From: Coniocarpon cinnabarinum
Taxonomy: Eukaryota
DNA length: 64,000 bases
Assembly: GCA_051942205.1 (NCBI GenBank)
Contig: JAVECO010000004.1
Span: 124,001-188,000, forward strand
Reading direction: 5' to 3'
Translations under genes and position numbers: made by a program
Notes under the pieces: model-generated
What the model saw: only the letters and a program-made list of their open reading frames with translations
Told to the model about the DNA's origin: nothing
The model's database searches: none
In this document: piece after piece, positions 24,868 through 37,352 of the stretch
How the letters are laid out: the number at the start of each line of letters is the position of its first letter
Position numbering within the stretch: position 1 is the first letter of the stretch

Positions 24868-26826
24868 ATGCTTCGCCTCCAACCCTCCGAGGTCGGCTTG
24901 ACGTCCATCGACGTGAAGAAATACAATGAGCGCTTGGATTTCCGACGTCGAGCTCGGGCTCAACTTACTCAAAGCAGGCTCTATCAAGCTCAACATTCTC
25001 GTCCTCAAGTTCACCGTAGAGCGGAACGATCTCGAGATCATGCCCTGACTAGGGTCAATGCACCAGTTGCACTATCCTACAGCGTATACGACAGCAGCGG
25101 AGAGACGTATGACGATGACGAGTTCGAGTTCCAGCGAGAAGATCTCACCGTCCCCGAACCAATCCCGGGTTCAGTGAGGCCGAATGAGAACAATGATTCG
25201 CAAGCAGCAGTCATTGGCATAGGCGATAGACGAATCCATGAAAGCCGGTCGTCCTCGCGTCGCAACTCACCAACAACGTCCAAAGCAATTAGTGAGACAG
25301 AAGTGGATACGACAAATGGCGTGCTGGGAAATGTTAGTCCTCAGCTTGATTCCCTCGACTATACTCCGCGAGCCTCTTTAGAGTGTGAGCAGGATCAGTC
25401 AGGTCCCAATGACCATTCAAAAAGACCTACGAATTTACAGCATGATGGTGCGAGCGATGACACACTTGTGGAAGCTCCTGCATCTTCAGGACGCAGGTAT
25501 CGACCCCGATCTTAGTCAGATCCGCAAGAGGGCTTCGAGCGTTCTCAACTCTCTCAGCCTCGACGTCGCGCCATTGTAGATGATACCAACTTCGAGCGAC
25601 CCTCTTCCATTCGTGTCGTCAACATGGATCACACCTCGCCGGAGCAGAGACGAGGCCTTCTCAATGGGCTAGCAAATTGCACCAAGCCTCTACCGTCGCC
25701 TTTCAATACCCCCAGACCGGCGGCGTACCTGGCTGTGCAAGATACGCCGTCTCCTTTGGAACAGTTGGTATCAGCCTCTCATCTCTTGAGTGGCACACGT
25801 CCAAGCTGGGAGATAGATTTGCCCTTCCGCTTCCTCGAACCTCACACGATCGCAGGTCTCGACAATGACACTTCCAACCATGACGAGCTGCCACTCACGC
25901 CTCCAGTCGTGGCTGTCTCTCGGGCTGATGATGAAGACCTCACGCCTCGTCCATTGAGACCACTTCTTCCACCTCCGACTTGGTTCGATGGCAGCAGTCC
26001 TGGCTCTTCATCCAGAGAACAAGAACAAACAGCAATTCCTGCACCAGAGTCCGAATCCAGTCGCAGTCCGTCCCATGGCGGACTGGTTCGTCGAGGTGCC
26101 GTTCATCGTCACCGGGCCAGCATCGAACTGTTGGGTCCTGCTGATCACACGGAGCGTCGAGGTCGCGATGCTAGCCGCCCACAAGCCCAGTCGCCTTCAA
26201 GTCCAATCGACGTCCCACAACCAAGTTTACTCATTTCTCGAAGTCCAGCTCGAGAGCAACGACCTGGTGCTGACTCAATGTCAGACCCTCAGAAAGCTCG
26301 CTTTTTCCGTGCATTAGCGCGCGCAAATGGTGGCACTCTACCGCAAGATGCCGAAAGAAGGTGGACATCAGTTCGTGATCAATTGTCGCCTCGACGTTTG
26401 TACGCAGAGACAGAGAGAACTCGCAACTGGCCTTCAAGGGCAGGTGATGACGGTCTCGACATTCCTCGACCGGCGCACATACCACTCTTCCCTCGAAGTG
26501 GGGGACCATCATCTTCTCGCAACAGCCTCCGTCCCCAGAACATCCAACTCGCCATCACTCGAGGCGGTCGACCGCTCACTGATCTGTCCGCTATGGCGCC
26601 ACCGCAGAGAATGCCAGTGTATTCTTCCGCAGCTGCCGCACACCGCAATAGTGAACAGGAAAATGTAGACGATGAGGCCTGGGAGCGCTTCGATGCTGAG
26701 AGACGGATGAGACTGCGTCGTGTTGACATTCGTGCACGCGGTGAGAGTGGGTATCGCGCGGATGAAGAAGACAATGACGATGAGGGCACGCCGCCGCCGT
26801 TGGGAAGATTGGAGAGGATGCTGTGA
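24868..26826 (+). CDS. Protein with an N-terminal APC/C Cdc26-like motif, interrupted by one in-frame TAG
   Basis: MLRLQPSEVGLTSIDVKKY resembles the Cdc26 MLRRxPTxIxLTxxD motif. ORFs 24868-25515 and 25624-26826 share a frame, separated only by TAG 25513-25515 and 36 open codons. Confidence 0.6.
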
Positions 26827-27042
26827 TCATTGATAGGGCTTGGGCTCAGGTGTTAGATTATGCGTCCTCATGGTGAGCGAAACATTTCGAGCGGGGTCGC
26901 GACATCATCCGAGAGCAGAGTACTGTACATCATTTGGAGGGATCAACACGAGCAGAGTCATTCTAAATGTCAGCAGGATGTTTGAGTCTGGAAAGCTCCT
27001 CTGCAGAGTATAATTGGGTATCACGAATAACGACAGACTTTC

Positions 27043-28992
27043 TCACCCCCAAATCCCAAGTCCCACCCCTTCTTCCTTTCTCCCAAAGCCAAACGTACTC
27101 ATCCGCCCTCTCTTCTCAGGACTAACGCCACTCATCCTTCCCTTCGTGGGACTAACCCCACTAACCCGTCCCTTCGTCGGACTGACATTACTCGCCCTCT
27201 TACTCGGACTCACAGCACTCGTCCTTTTGCTAGGACTAACGCCGCTCATCCGACCGCCTCGGCCTTCTCGGCCTCTGTCCCCTGTGTAACCCTCGAGTCC
27301 GTATCTGAGGAATTCGTCTCTCTCGATTTCAACGGCGCCTTTAACGCGGAGGCCGGAGAGGAGCGACGCGCCTGCCCAGGGTCCCAGTGTGTGGATTGCA
27401 CGCAGCGTGATTTTCTCATTGCGGACGTGTGATGTTATGGCTTCGGCGGTTGTGTTGTGCAGGCGGGCGAGGAGGGGGTCTGGTTCCTGGGCTTGATCGC
27501 GTGGATGGGGTGATGGCGTTTCTACTGCGGATTGGCATGCAGTCGGTTGCGCTGTGGCAGGTTGAGAATCAGGATCTGCGGGGTTGACGGTTCTGTCTGA
27601 GGAATTTGAGGGCGAGTCTGGGGGCGTGGGAGCCCGTTCGGTCTCTTCGGAGGAACGTCTCGTCGGTGTTCTTGAACTGCTGGGCGAAGCGGAATCGAGG
27701 CCAGCGATTTCAACATTGATGCCTCGCCATTTATCATTCGTGCGGCCGAAGTTGGCAACGGTGCTCCAGCCGCGTTTGCGGATGAGATTGGCTAATTCGG
27801 TTAGGATGCGGGCTTTGATGCCGGGGATGTTGCTGCAGCCACCGGTGAAAATGATGCGGCTGAAGAGGATGCCGCGGATGTCTGGTGGAATGTGGAGGAG
27901 AGTATTGTAGAGGAGTGTTGGCAGCGGCGTGAGATTCTCATCTGGTGGAGGTGTCGGTGGAGCGTGTGCTTCTGTTGGAGTTGAGGGTTTGACGGAGGAT
28001 GATGAGAAAAAAGTAGACTCTGTAGGCTCGGAAAGAGTTTCGAGGGGAATCGAAATGGTAGTGGAGGATGGTAAAGATGGGAGCGTGACCTCGAGGTGGT
28101 TGTCTTCTAATCGAGGTAGCTGCTGGTGCTGGCGATTTCGACACCAAATGACACGATGCACAAGTTCTTCAAGATCTTCAGACGTAACGCCATAAGCTTG
28201 CTCGTGGTCGGGCAAATGATCTTGAAGCATTCGAGCCACGGTCCAGGACAAGCGTTTTCCCCCCGCCTGGCTGCGCTCAACACGAACCTCACGGTACTCG
28301 CAGATGGCGCTGACAACAGTCTCATGCCATCCCAGATCTACGACAAGTGCACTTCGCAGGCCCGCCGCAACTGCGCACATGACGTTTTCGCTGAGTAACG
28401 TCAATGTCGATGGCTGGGGATAGATATCGAAGACTTTTCTTAGGACAGCTTGCAACAGAGGTTGAGGGAGTGAGCTCGATATTACTAGATATGCTTGTCG
28501 CTTCCTGCTGCTCTCGTCAAGCACTAACACGTCCTCAACGTGCGCCTGGCGAATGGCGCGCTCAAGGGTATCACCTAGCAGACCAATGTCCATCCCTCGC
28601 AGATCGGGTCTATAGAGTTCACGATCTCGTCCCCATTCTTCGACGCCGCCATCATGCTCAGCTTTGGGGACTTTCCGTCGGGGTTTGAGGTATTCATGTG
28701 ATGGACGAAGGTACTTCTCGTAGTTCCCTGGGCGTTGTTGCAGCTCAGGACTGAAGCGAATATATGAACGAGGTATCGCTTCGCCTCCTAGGCCGAGACG
28801 GAGCGATGTGGAGGTAAGATGGTATACATAGATCTCATCGTCGACGCGGAAGGCATTTGGTGTGGAGAGCGACGGTGAGTTAATACTGGATATTGAGCGT
28901 GTGAGGTAGGAAGGCGTGCGTGGGCTTGGGGCAGTGGGGTTAGTGGGGGAGGTTGGAAGCGGAGGTGGTTTTGTGGACGGTCGAGAAGTCAT
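27043..28992 (-). CDS. ARP10: Dynactin actin-related protein Arp10/Arp11 (ropy-7-like)
   Basis: Actin-fold motifs AAGLRSALVVDLGWHETVV, RIIFTGGCSNIPG and TLGPWAGASL, with the LR.G.GGEA.PR N-terminus typical of fungal RO7. Confidence 0.8.
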   Translation of the reverse strand: MTSRPSTKPPPLPTSPTNPTAPSPRTPSYLTRSISSINSPSLSTPNAFRVDDEIYVYHLTSTSLRLGLGGEAIPRSYIRFSPELQQRPGNYEKYLRPSHEYLKPRRKVPKAEHDGGVEEWGRDRELYRPDLRGMDIGLLGDTLERAIRQAHVEDVLVLDESSRKRQAYLVISSSLPQPLLQAVLRKVFDIYPQPSTLTLLSENVMCAVAAGLRSALVVDLGWHETVVSAICEYREVRVERSQAGGKRLSWTVARMLQDHLPDHEQAYGVTSEDLEELVHRVIWCRNRQHQQLPRLEDNHLEVTLPSLPSSTTISIPLETLSEPTESTFFSSSSVKPSTPTEAHAPPTPPPDENLTPLPTLLYNTLLHIPPDIRGILFSRIIFTGGCSNIPGIKARILTELANLIRKRGWSTVANFGRTNDKWRGINVEIAGLDSASPSSSRTPTRRSSEETERAPTPPDSPSNSSDRTVNPADPDSQPATAQPTACQSAVETPSPHPRDQAQEPDPLLARLHNTTAEAITSHVRNEKITLRAIHTLGPWAGASLLSGLRVKGAVEIERDEFLRYGLEGYTGDRGREGRGGRMSGVSPSKRTSAVSPSKRASNVSPTKGRVSGVSPTKGRMSGVSPEKRGRMSTFGFGRKEEGVGLGIWG

Positions 28993-29402
28993 CCTAATGT
29001 CAGCGTCATGGAGAGTCTGGAGAGTCCATGCGCCTGCGCCCTATGGTGTCTTGCAGCTTTGCCAGTGAAATACATTTGATTCAGCATGAGTGGACGTGCC
29101 CCTGTACAATTATCGTGAAGCTAGATTCCTGCTCGCCGCTTGGTGCTTGTACATCACGCGGCAATCATCACCATTGCTTAGTCGTAGAATCAGATTCAAG
29201 ACATCGTAGAACCTGCCATTGGTCTCGTCGTCTTTTCAAACACGTATAGTGAACTTCAAGACGCGTCCCATCGACTTTCACGTGCCAAATTGATTTCGCG
29301 GAGATAGCCGGGGGCCAAAACCAGCATAGCAACGAACGTAAACATTGAATCATCGATAATCCTCGCACCTTAGTCTGCCCTCATCTTGGATAAAGGCATA
29401 TT

Positions 29403-32302
29403 ATGGGCATTAAAGGGTATGACCGAACCTATGACATATCTAAGAAGAGCTTCAGCTGACGCTTGACAGTATTTATCAGGAGATTGGCCCTGGGAAGCGA
29501 GTGGCGCTTTCGAAACTTGCTGTGGAGCATTACGAGCAAAATGGCCGGCCATTACGTCTCGCTATTGATATTTCTATCTGGCTGTTCCAAATTCAATCTA
29601 GCAAAGGTAACTCTGGAAGCTTCGCGATGAGAATCTGAACTGATTTGGATAACATAGGCGGAACGAACCCTGCCCTAAGAACATTCTACTATCGACTTCT
29701 CCGTCTGATATCTTTATCGATACATCCGCTATTTGTATTCGATGGTCCCAATAAGCCTCCATTCAAGCGCAACAAACGCACTGGACCTAATGTCGCATCT
29801 GTGCCCGAGTTCCTCGCGAAGCAGCTCTTGAAGCAGTTTGGACTGCCTTTTCACCTTGCGCCCGGGGAAGCCGAAGCAGAATGCGCGCTGCTCCAACAAA
29901 AGGGCATTGTCGACGCTGTGTTGTCGGAAGATGTCGACACACTCATGTTTGGCTCCGGATTGACTCTGCGCAGCTGGAGCCCTGAGCCGAGTGTGAAAAC
30001 AAAGTCGCCAACACACGTCAACGTGTACGACGCCCGAACCACGAAAGCCTCTGCGGGCCTAGATCGAGAAGGGATGATTTTGGTTGCGATGATGAGCGGT
30101 GGCGACTATATTCCAGAGGGCGTGCCTGGTATTGGGCAAAAGACAGCATGTGAGGCTGCAAGAGCACGTTTCGGGGAAGACCTCTGTCGCATAAAGAAGG
30201 GTGACAAGAAAGCCATCACTGAGTGGAAAGAGAGACTGATCCATGAACTGCGCACCAATGAGAGCAAACATTTCAAGCAGAAACACAAGACCCTTGAGAT
30301 CCCTGACGATTTTCCAAGAACGGATGTGCTTAGCTACTACACGAACCCTGTGGTCTCATCAAATGAAAAGGTGTCGCAGCTCAAAGCATCTATTCAGTGG
30401 GACCAGGAATTTGACTTGCCGGGCTTGCGAACTTTCTGCGCAGAAGCTTTCGATTGGGTGTGTGTGAGTGGTGCGAAACATTTCATACGCAACCTCTCCC
30501 GCGCACTGCTCGTGCGGTCGTTGCGCATGCGCGCAGACGAGTCGAGTGCTGATGACGAGTACGAAATAGCTACGAGGGAAGCACAGCTCATCAAAACGAT
30601 TCACAATACCCGAGAGCACCCCTCTACTGACCGGACGCGTGAGCTGAGAGTTGGCTTTCGTCCATTAGATATTGTTCCAATCGATCTTGATAATGAAGAG
30701 CCAGACCCAGAGCAGCCGATAAGTGGTGTCGAGTCTGACGAGGAGGCGATCAACGAGCTAGACGAGGGGAACGAGCTTGTAGAAGAGCCTTCGTCGCCAA
30801 AGAAAAAGCGCAAGACCACCGCTTACGATCCCAACTCCGTAGTCAAGGACTGGGTCTTTGAGACTTATGTCAAAGTTGGCGTCCCACTGAAGATACAAGA
30901 CTGGGAGGAATCCTTCCGAAATGCGAAGAAATATGAGTTAATGAAAAATCAGCGAAGACGCATTGAGCAGGAGGCTAAGGGAAAGCAAACCAGCGGTGGA
31001 GGACGACGGGGTGCTCTTGATGTCTTCACAAAAGTCACAAAGCCTGGTATGCATTCTCGTCAGGATAAAGCGTCATCGGATGCAGCCACGTTGCGTCCCA
31101 GGCATCATGACAAAGTGGATACCATGGAGCCTCTTCCCTTATCGCAGCCTCTGCATTCCTTTCGTTCGAAACGACTTCAGAACGAGTCGAATGATTACAA
31201 GGTGGTCAGAAACAATTTTCGAGCGCCGCCGCCATTACCGTCCTCCTCTCCATCATCAGAGGATCCGTCCGAGTCTAACAAATCAGTCCACCAACTTCCG
31301 CACTCGTCTTCATCATTCAATCGCACAATACCAAGTAAGCGACCCTTGCAAAGATTCATCACAGACCCTTTTAATTCTGCAGAAGACGCCAAAACTCGAC
31401 AGTCATTCGATATTTCCACCGAAGTATCCAGCGAATTCGAACGTAAGAAAGGTGCAATTGGAGTCTCGATCACGAGATCTCCTTTTCGCCGTTCACAGAC
31501 ATTGCCTCAATTTCCAGACGACGCGCGAGATGACAGCAAGCCTTTTCCTGGTCTACATCAGACAACGTTTCGTAGAACAATGGCCATCTCGGGAGGTTCG
31601 CGGGAGGACACAAGCATTCCCAATTCAAACACAGTATTTGGCAAGCCGTCAGCACAAGAGAAACCGAGACGGCCCCAGACACCACGAGCCAAGAGGAACG
31701 GCAAAGCGACTGCATTCTCGCCTATTAAAACTATCGAAATTACCTCTTCTCCTGGCCAAAGTGCTGGCAAGGTAAAGCAACAACCCATTACAACCTTTCT
31801 AAGCTCCTCATCGCCCGTCTCACCATCTCCTGCGAGGACCAGGCGCAAGCGAGAACTCAGTCCGTTTTACGCGAATAGCCGTTCCAATTACGAATACTCA
31901 CATATTTCACGACCGGCACCTCCCCGAACCTCCCCCGAGGCCGAGCAAGACACGGGTGCCAATGAGAACGCAAGTCAGGTACAACAGTCTTTTTTAGAAG
32001 AGTTTAAGGTGGAGAGACATGATCGGACAGGGGAAACAGCTAGGGATCGTATGACAAGGGGATCTGCTAATCCATCACGGGAACCTCTGCAAGAGACCAA
32101 CAGCAACAGCAACCCAGCTGATCGAGCTCGAAATGCAGCTCGAGAGCGAAAGCGCGTGCTAAGACTTAGAGACAGCCTGCGAGGTGCGTATGCTCTCGAT
32201 GACATTGTCGAGCATGAAAGCCCTATGCCAAGACAACAAGCCATACGTACAGGCAAGAGATGGCGCTTCAGCGAGGTAGAGCTAGTTGATCTGACTGGTT
32301 AA
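29403..32302 (+). CDS. YEN1: XPG/Rad2-family Holliday junction resolvase (Yen1/GEN1)
   Basis: MGIKG, then RLAIDISIWLFQ, FVFDGPNKPPFKR, APGEAEAECA, VLSEDVDTLMFG and SGGDYIPEGVPGIG. Two 5' introns (about 29417-29469 and 29607-29657). Confidence 0.9.
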
Positions 32303-32682
32303 AGAGCGCAAGAATGTATCACAAGTTGGTCCTGACGCAATTACGCGGTTAAGCAGATTCCCCTGGTCTACTGGCACAGGCGTGAGCCTCTGTACGGAGC
32401 ATGTACAAGGAATTACGATGAGATCGAGATAAATGTGGACGTGAGATCATTTTTAGAAGCGGACCGGCCCGCAAAGCTTGTCTTATGGAGTGCGTCATCG
32501 TCAATTGCCGGAAGCGGTAGCATTCTGCTGACGGGACGACGGCGGAAGGCCCCTACAATTCCCAGGCAGACGCGTTTGCAGACTTCTGTGAGTGATATCT
32601 ACGCTCATGAAAAGATTTTGCGCCTCGAGTTATTTCTGCTGCTTCTGTGCATGCTGTCAAGATGGGGTTTGGCCCTGAAACA

Positions 32683-35534
32683 ATGTCAGCCGGCGCAACA
32701 CCGTCTGAAGACGACCCAAAGACGGGTGACGCCAGCTCAGAGAACCGTGACTCCACACACGCGATAGCATGTATCTCCTGCAGCACACGCAAGGTATGAG
32801 GTTCCTCCCGCCGTCATAATTGTCCACATCTACGCTAGTGGAAGTGAATCTACATGTGGCGCATGTTGCCGAACCGGACAAATACGATCGGACTATCTTA
32901 CCGGATGCTTCGGTCAGGGCCCATGCAGGATTGGTAATAAAATAAAGGGAGGTTTACTAAAGCAAAGTTCCTTTAGGTCAAATGCGACCGGCAAGATCCG
33001 TCCTGTGCAAACTGTACGCTCTATTATTGGCCCCACTCAACATGCGTTCCTGTTAACCCTCTTCGAAGGCATACGGTCAAATGTCACTTGTGAATACCGC
33101 GCACCACTCCCACGCGGTCCTCGCAAGCGCAAATATCCTCCAGAGGAAGATTTGACTGCACGTCTCGAGCGCTATGAAGAGCTCTTGAGGGCATGTGGCA
33201 TCCCTGATCCTGAGCGGACTAGCGTTGAGGTACGTCCAAGGCGTCTCAGCTTCACCCCCTTACAAGTCACTCCCGAGTAGCCAGTCGGGCAGATGAAGGA
33301 TCGATATCGGGCACGAGCATTGCGACTTCGCATGCAAAACCCTTTCACTATGGCATGTTTTTAAACCAGGTAGCCTCGTTGGCCAACCTTCTGCCCAGCA
33401 TGATCGTTTTACGTACCCTAAGTGGGTAGGAAATAATTTTTAACAAATTGTGGTTGCAGAAAACGACGCTGCCGGTGCGCAGTGATCTGCCTCTGCACAG
33501 AACTCTGCCAGCTGTAGACGGCAAGATAGTGACAACCGAACGGGGCAAACCGCTGTACATCGAAAAGTGAGCTTCCACATTCATCAATTCCAAGCAATTT
33601 CTAACGACTACCCAGTAAATTGTGGGACTCTCTCGCCGAACAGGTGCGATTGCAAACGGTTCGAACTCCACTCCAGAACGCATCCTGATTCTTGACAGAT
33701 ACCCCATGGCGATGATGAACAGGAAGAAGAGGAGCAAGATCCCTTACAGAATGACTATGCACCCGGCTCGGTGGCCCCAACAAACTCATCTGCGGGCTTC
33801 GGCGGCTTTCTCATGCTTGCTAAACACCCATCGCAGTTGGGCGGTGGCGAGTTGATCGATCCAAAGTCACAATATTTAACGAGGGAACAGGCATTAATAC
33901 TCTTCGACGTTTTTCTTACAAATGTTGATCCCTTGACAAAGATGGTCCATATACCTACTTTGAAACCCAAATTTGAGAAGGCCATAGGTAATCCTGCTGC
34001 GGTGCCCCGAAAGTTCGATGCGCTTCTCTTCGCAATACTTTTTGCGGGTGCCAGTTCTATGACAGACCGAGACTGTCAAGATCTTCTGTACACGAATCGA
34101 ACAGACCTAGTGAATAGGTTGCAAGATACGGCATCAAGAGCTCTCGTGTTTGCCAACGTTTTGACGACGAACGAGATGGAGGTAGTCCAGGCATTCGTTT
34201 TCTATCTGGTAAGTTAAATTTGCTGACTATGCCTTTTTACCTTTGACGGTATGAGCTCCACGTGTGAACGTCTTACTCATTTTACTTAGCTCGGAGTCCG
34301 TGCATCCGTCGATCTTCGCACCATGTGGATGCTCACAGGCAACGCAATCCGAATCGCAATCGGCATGGGCTTACATCGAGGTGGTGCTTTCGAATCTTAC
34401 TTTTCACCCTTTGAGATTGAGTACCGGCGTCGACTATGGTGGCAGATAGCATACATTGACACCCGTGTCGGTGAGCTAGCTGGCTTTGGCGCCTCTCCGG
34501 TTGCCATTGATTCTGATGCAAAATCACCTGGAAATTACAACGACAGCGACCTTTGTCCGGAGATGAAAGAATTACCTCCGACGCGGACAGGAGCTACGGA
34601 ATTCTTGTTTTGTCACGCGCGTAGTAGTGGCCGTGAATTTGGCCGCAGCAAGGGCCTGGCGCCACTGTTCATGGGTCTCAGCAAGTTCAACATGAGCCTT
34701 TCCGAGCGGGAGAGGCGGATTCGTGAAATGGAAGCCATGTTCGAGAATAATCTTTTACGGTACTGTGACCCGCTCGAGCCCTTGCATGTACTGGTGTCGG
34801 TCATGGCTCGGAGTCTCCTGCAGCGACTGCGTTTGAAAGCTTACCATCCTGTCAACAACCGGAATGCGGAAGACGAACAGGAACTCTCTCGCAAGGGGGA
34901 AAACATTTGCTTCGATGCGGCTTTGAAATCATTGGAGTACGACAATCATGTCTTTGGCTCAAAAATTCTCGAACGCTTCCATTGGCATATAAGGGCCTTA
35001 TTCCAATACGATGCGCTCATATTTGTCTTGTCAGAATTGAAGCGTCGAGGCCATACCCTTGAGACCATGAAAGCGTGGCGATCGGTAGAAGAGTGCTTCA
35101 ACAATCATCCTGAATTCATCGAAGGCGGCGGAAAAAGTCTTCATCTTGCCATCAACAATCTCTGCTTGAAAGCCTGGTCTGCTCGAGAAGCCACGGAGCG
35201 GGCAGGAAGTCCAAATGGCCTGCCACCACAAACTCCTCAGTTCATTCAACGTATTCGAGAGAAGTTGGCAGTGAAGAGAAAGTTGTCTGCAAGCCCTGGT
35301 GTGGGCTCAAACGGCTCATCAGAAGCCACGCCTGACAGCTTCAGCTTGGCCTTTACTGGCGGCGCTCCACCAACCATAAATCAACCCGATTTTGCAGCAC
35401 TTGCCAATGCGAGTCTTGATCCCACGTTCTTTGAGCAAGGCACCTGGAGTGGTACTCAGATGGATTGGAGTCTATGGAACGACAACCTCAATTTCGGTGA
35501 GCCAACCTTTGGGGGATTGCCGTGGCATGGATGA
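32683..35534 (+). CDS. Zn2Cys6 transcription factor with fungal-specific middle homology region
   Basis: ACISCSTRK|VKCDRQDPSCANC...C split by introns. MHR motif WMLTGNAIRIAIGMGLHR...EYRRRLWWQI..ID. Confidence 0.88.
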
Positions 35535-36156
35535 CGAATGGGAAAATGCTGAGAGCCCACGACGAACGAAATTAGAGCGTGGGAGTCCTACGACAAGGAG
35601 CGATACGTGCACAGGAGCGAAATTATAAGGGCGACCTTGGAAGCATCTCACGACTCATTATATATCAGTCTTCACATACGACTCATCTGCATTGTATATA
35701 AATCAATACCACTCACAAAAATGCCCGGCTTCGCTTCTTCGACGACAGGTAGTCGAATGGCTTTTGGCATCTTTCCCGTCTTCCTATCAGCTTGCCGGCA
35801 CGCAATTAGAGTTGTGTAAAATCGTAAAAACTTCGCAGGCTGTTGCTGGTTCTGTCACCGCAACCACGACCTTCTTGCATTTTAGTACGCACCTCTCCTT
35901 CGCGCGGCACGAAACAAAACTTGTAGGCTGTCAATCCATCCACGCAGGTGCCGGTTGTGTTTCAACGTACCCGTGCCTACCCGTTATCACTCTTTCACGT
36001 GCACCTCTCACCGCTATCCCCATACGTCACTCTCATCTTACCTTTACCTCTTTCACATGCACCACTCCCAAACAATCACTCACATGACCATCATCACCGC
36101 CTACCAGCCCAAACCACCTGACCATCGCCGCCTAGCGCACAGACCATCCTTGCACA

Positions 36157-36164
36157 TATATATA
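36157..36164 (+). promoter_or_regulatory. TATA box of U1 snRNA copy A, followed by a pyrimidine tract
   Basis: TATATATA about 55 nt upstream of ATACTTACCT. The same layout precedes copy B. Confidence 0.6.
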
Positions 36165-36216
36165 CCCTCCCTCCCTCCCTCCTCTTCTCTTCTTCTTCTT
36201 TTTCTTTTTCCTTCTC

Positions 36217-36362
36217 ATACTTACCTTCTCGCGGCCGGCCCAGATCACGTAGTGGGCCGGTTACCGACCGGACTGGTCGCCTGCTTTGCACAGCGCGGTG
36301 CGGCCTTTTCGTGGTTTCCCTTCGGGGACATCAGCGGGGAGATTTTTGTTGGCGTTTGTGAT
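36217..36362 (+). ncRNA. U1: U1 spliceosomal snRNA (copy A, intronless)
   Basis: 5' ATACTTACCT; helix H CTTCTCGC/GCGGGGAG; SL1 GGCCGGCCCA-GATCACGTAG-TGGGCCGGTT (U1-70K loop); SL2 loop TTTGCACAGC (U1A loop); SL3 with TTCG loop; Sm site ATTTTTG at 36342-36348. 3' end approximate. Confidence 0.92.
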
Positions 36363-37352
36363 TTTCTTTTTTCTTCTTGGGTTCTACTTTTGTGGGGCTT
36401 GAGAGGAAGAAGGATGTGTTCTGCGTACTACTGGTTTATATGGTCTGTTTAAAGGCTTAACATAGCTTTTTCTCTTTGAAGCTCTTCAATGCTTAATTGA
36501 TGTACTGCGTGCGTTCCGGTGCGGATGATGTTGGAACACTGTGCTTGGGAACCGCAAGATGTGAGTGGCATCATGCCATCGCGGCCTCAAATGAGCTCAT
36601 TGTTTCCGTTAATCTCTATCGTCTTTACTGTCTGAAGCCGTAAAGACCTTTGTGATACATATAACTCATACGCGGCGGTCATTGTCCATCGTCGTCGGCT
36701 TGAAGAGCTACCAGCAACTAAAGTCAAGGATCACGACGGCATATAACAGTAGCATCTTTACGAGTGTCTATGATGCGATCGCCTCTCTCAGTCCTCGGTG
36801 CTCCATGTGCCAGTTGCTGTCCATCTGATGCGCGACACAAGTGTCATCGTTGACTACGGTACAAGCTTAGATAGACATAAACCCTAATTCGACGGAGAAG
36901 GAAGCTCATTGGTGGGGCAAGACTGCTACGCCACGTGGGACTAATGTTGTTCGACTTGAGATGACTGAGCGTGTTTTCTGCAGCACATACATAAGCGCTG
37001 ACAGATCCACTTCCAGCTGTCGCCGCACGGTTGAGATCAGATTAGTTACCTTATACAATCTGAAGTGGAGATTTTTTCAAGAAAGACAATCTGACCCAGT
37101 AGTACACTGGTCAACGTTGTACGTTGTGCATGCGCGACTTTTCTGCGCTTCGCTAGCTTTCTAAACATACAAGTACGTGTGCAACCACTGCTTTACTAGA
37201 AAGACTCAGCCATGCGTTTTGCGAGCACCCACAGCAGATCGCAGGCAACCTTTTTATCGCCAAACTATAGCTTGCAACATTGTCTAACCAGATGCAGTCG
37301 TCGCAGCGCCCTCTGAATAAATCACAAGAAGGTTGCTCCTACCGAAAGCATC

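Noticed and set aside
35955..36452. 165-aa ORF, and the ORFs at 39427-39957
   Set aside because: They start at non-ATG codons, have low-complexity translations and overlap the U1 snRNA genes, which explain the sequence.
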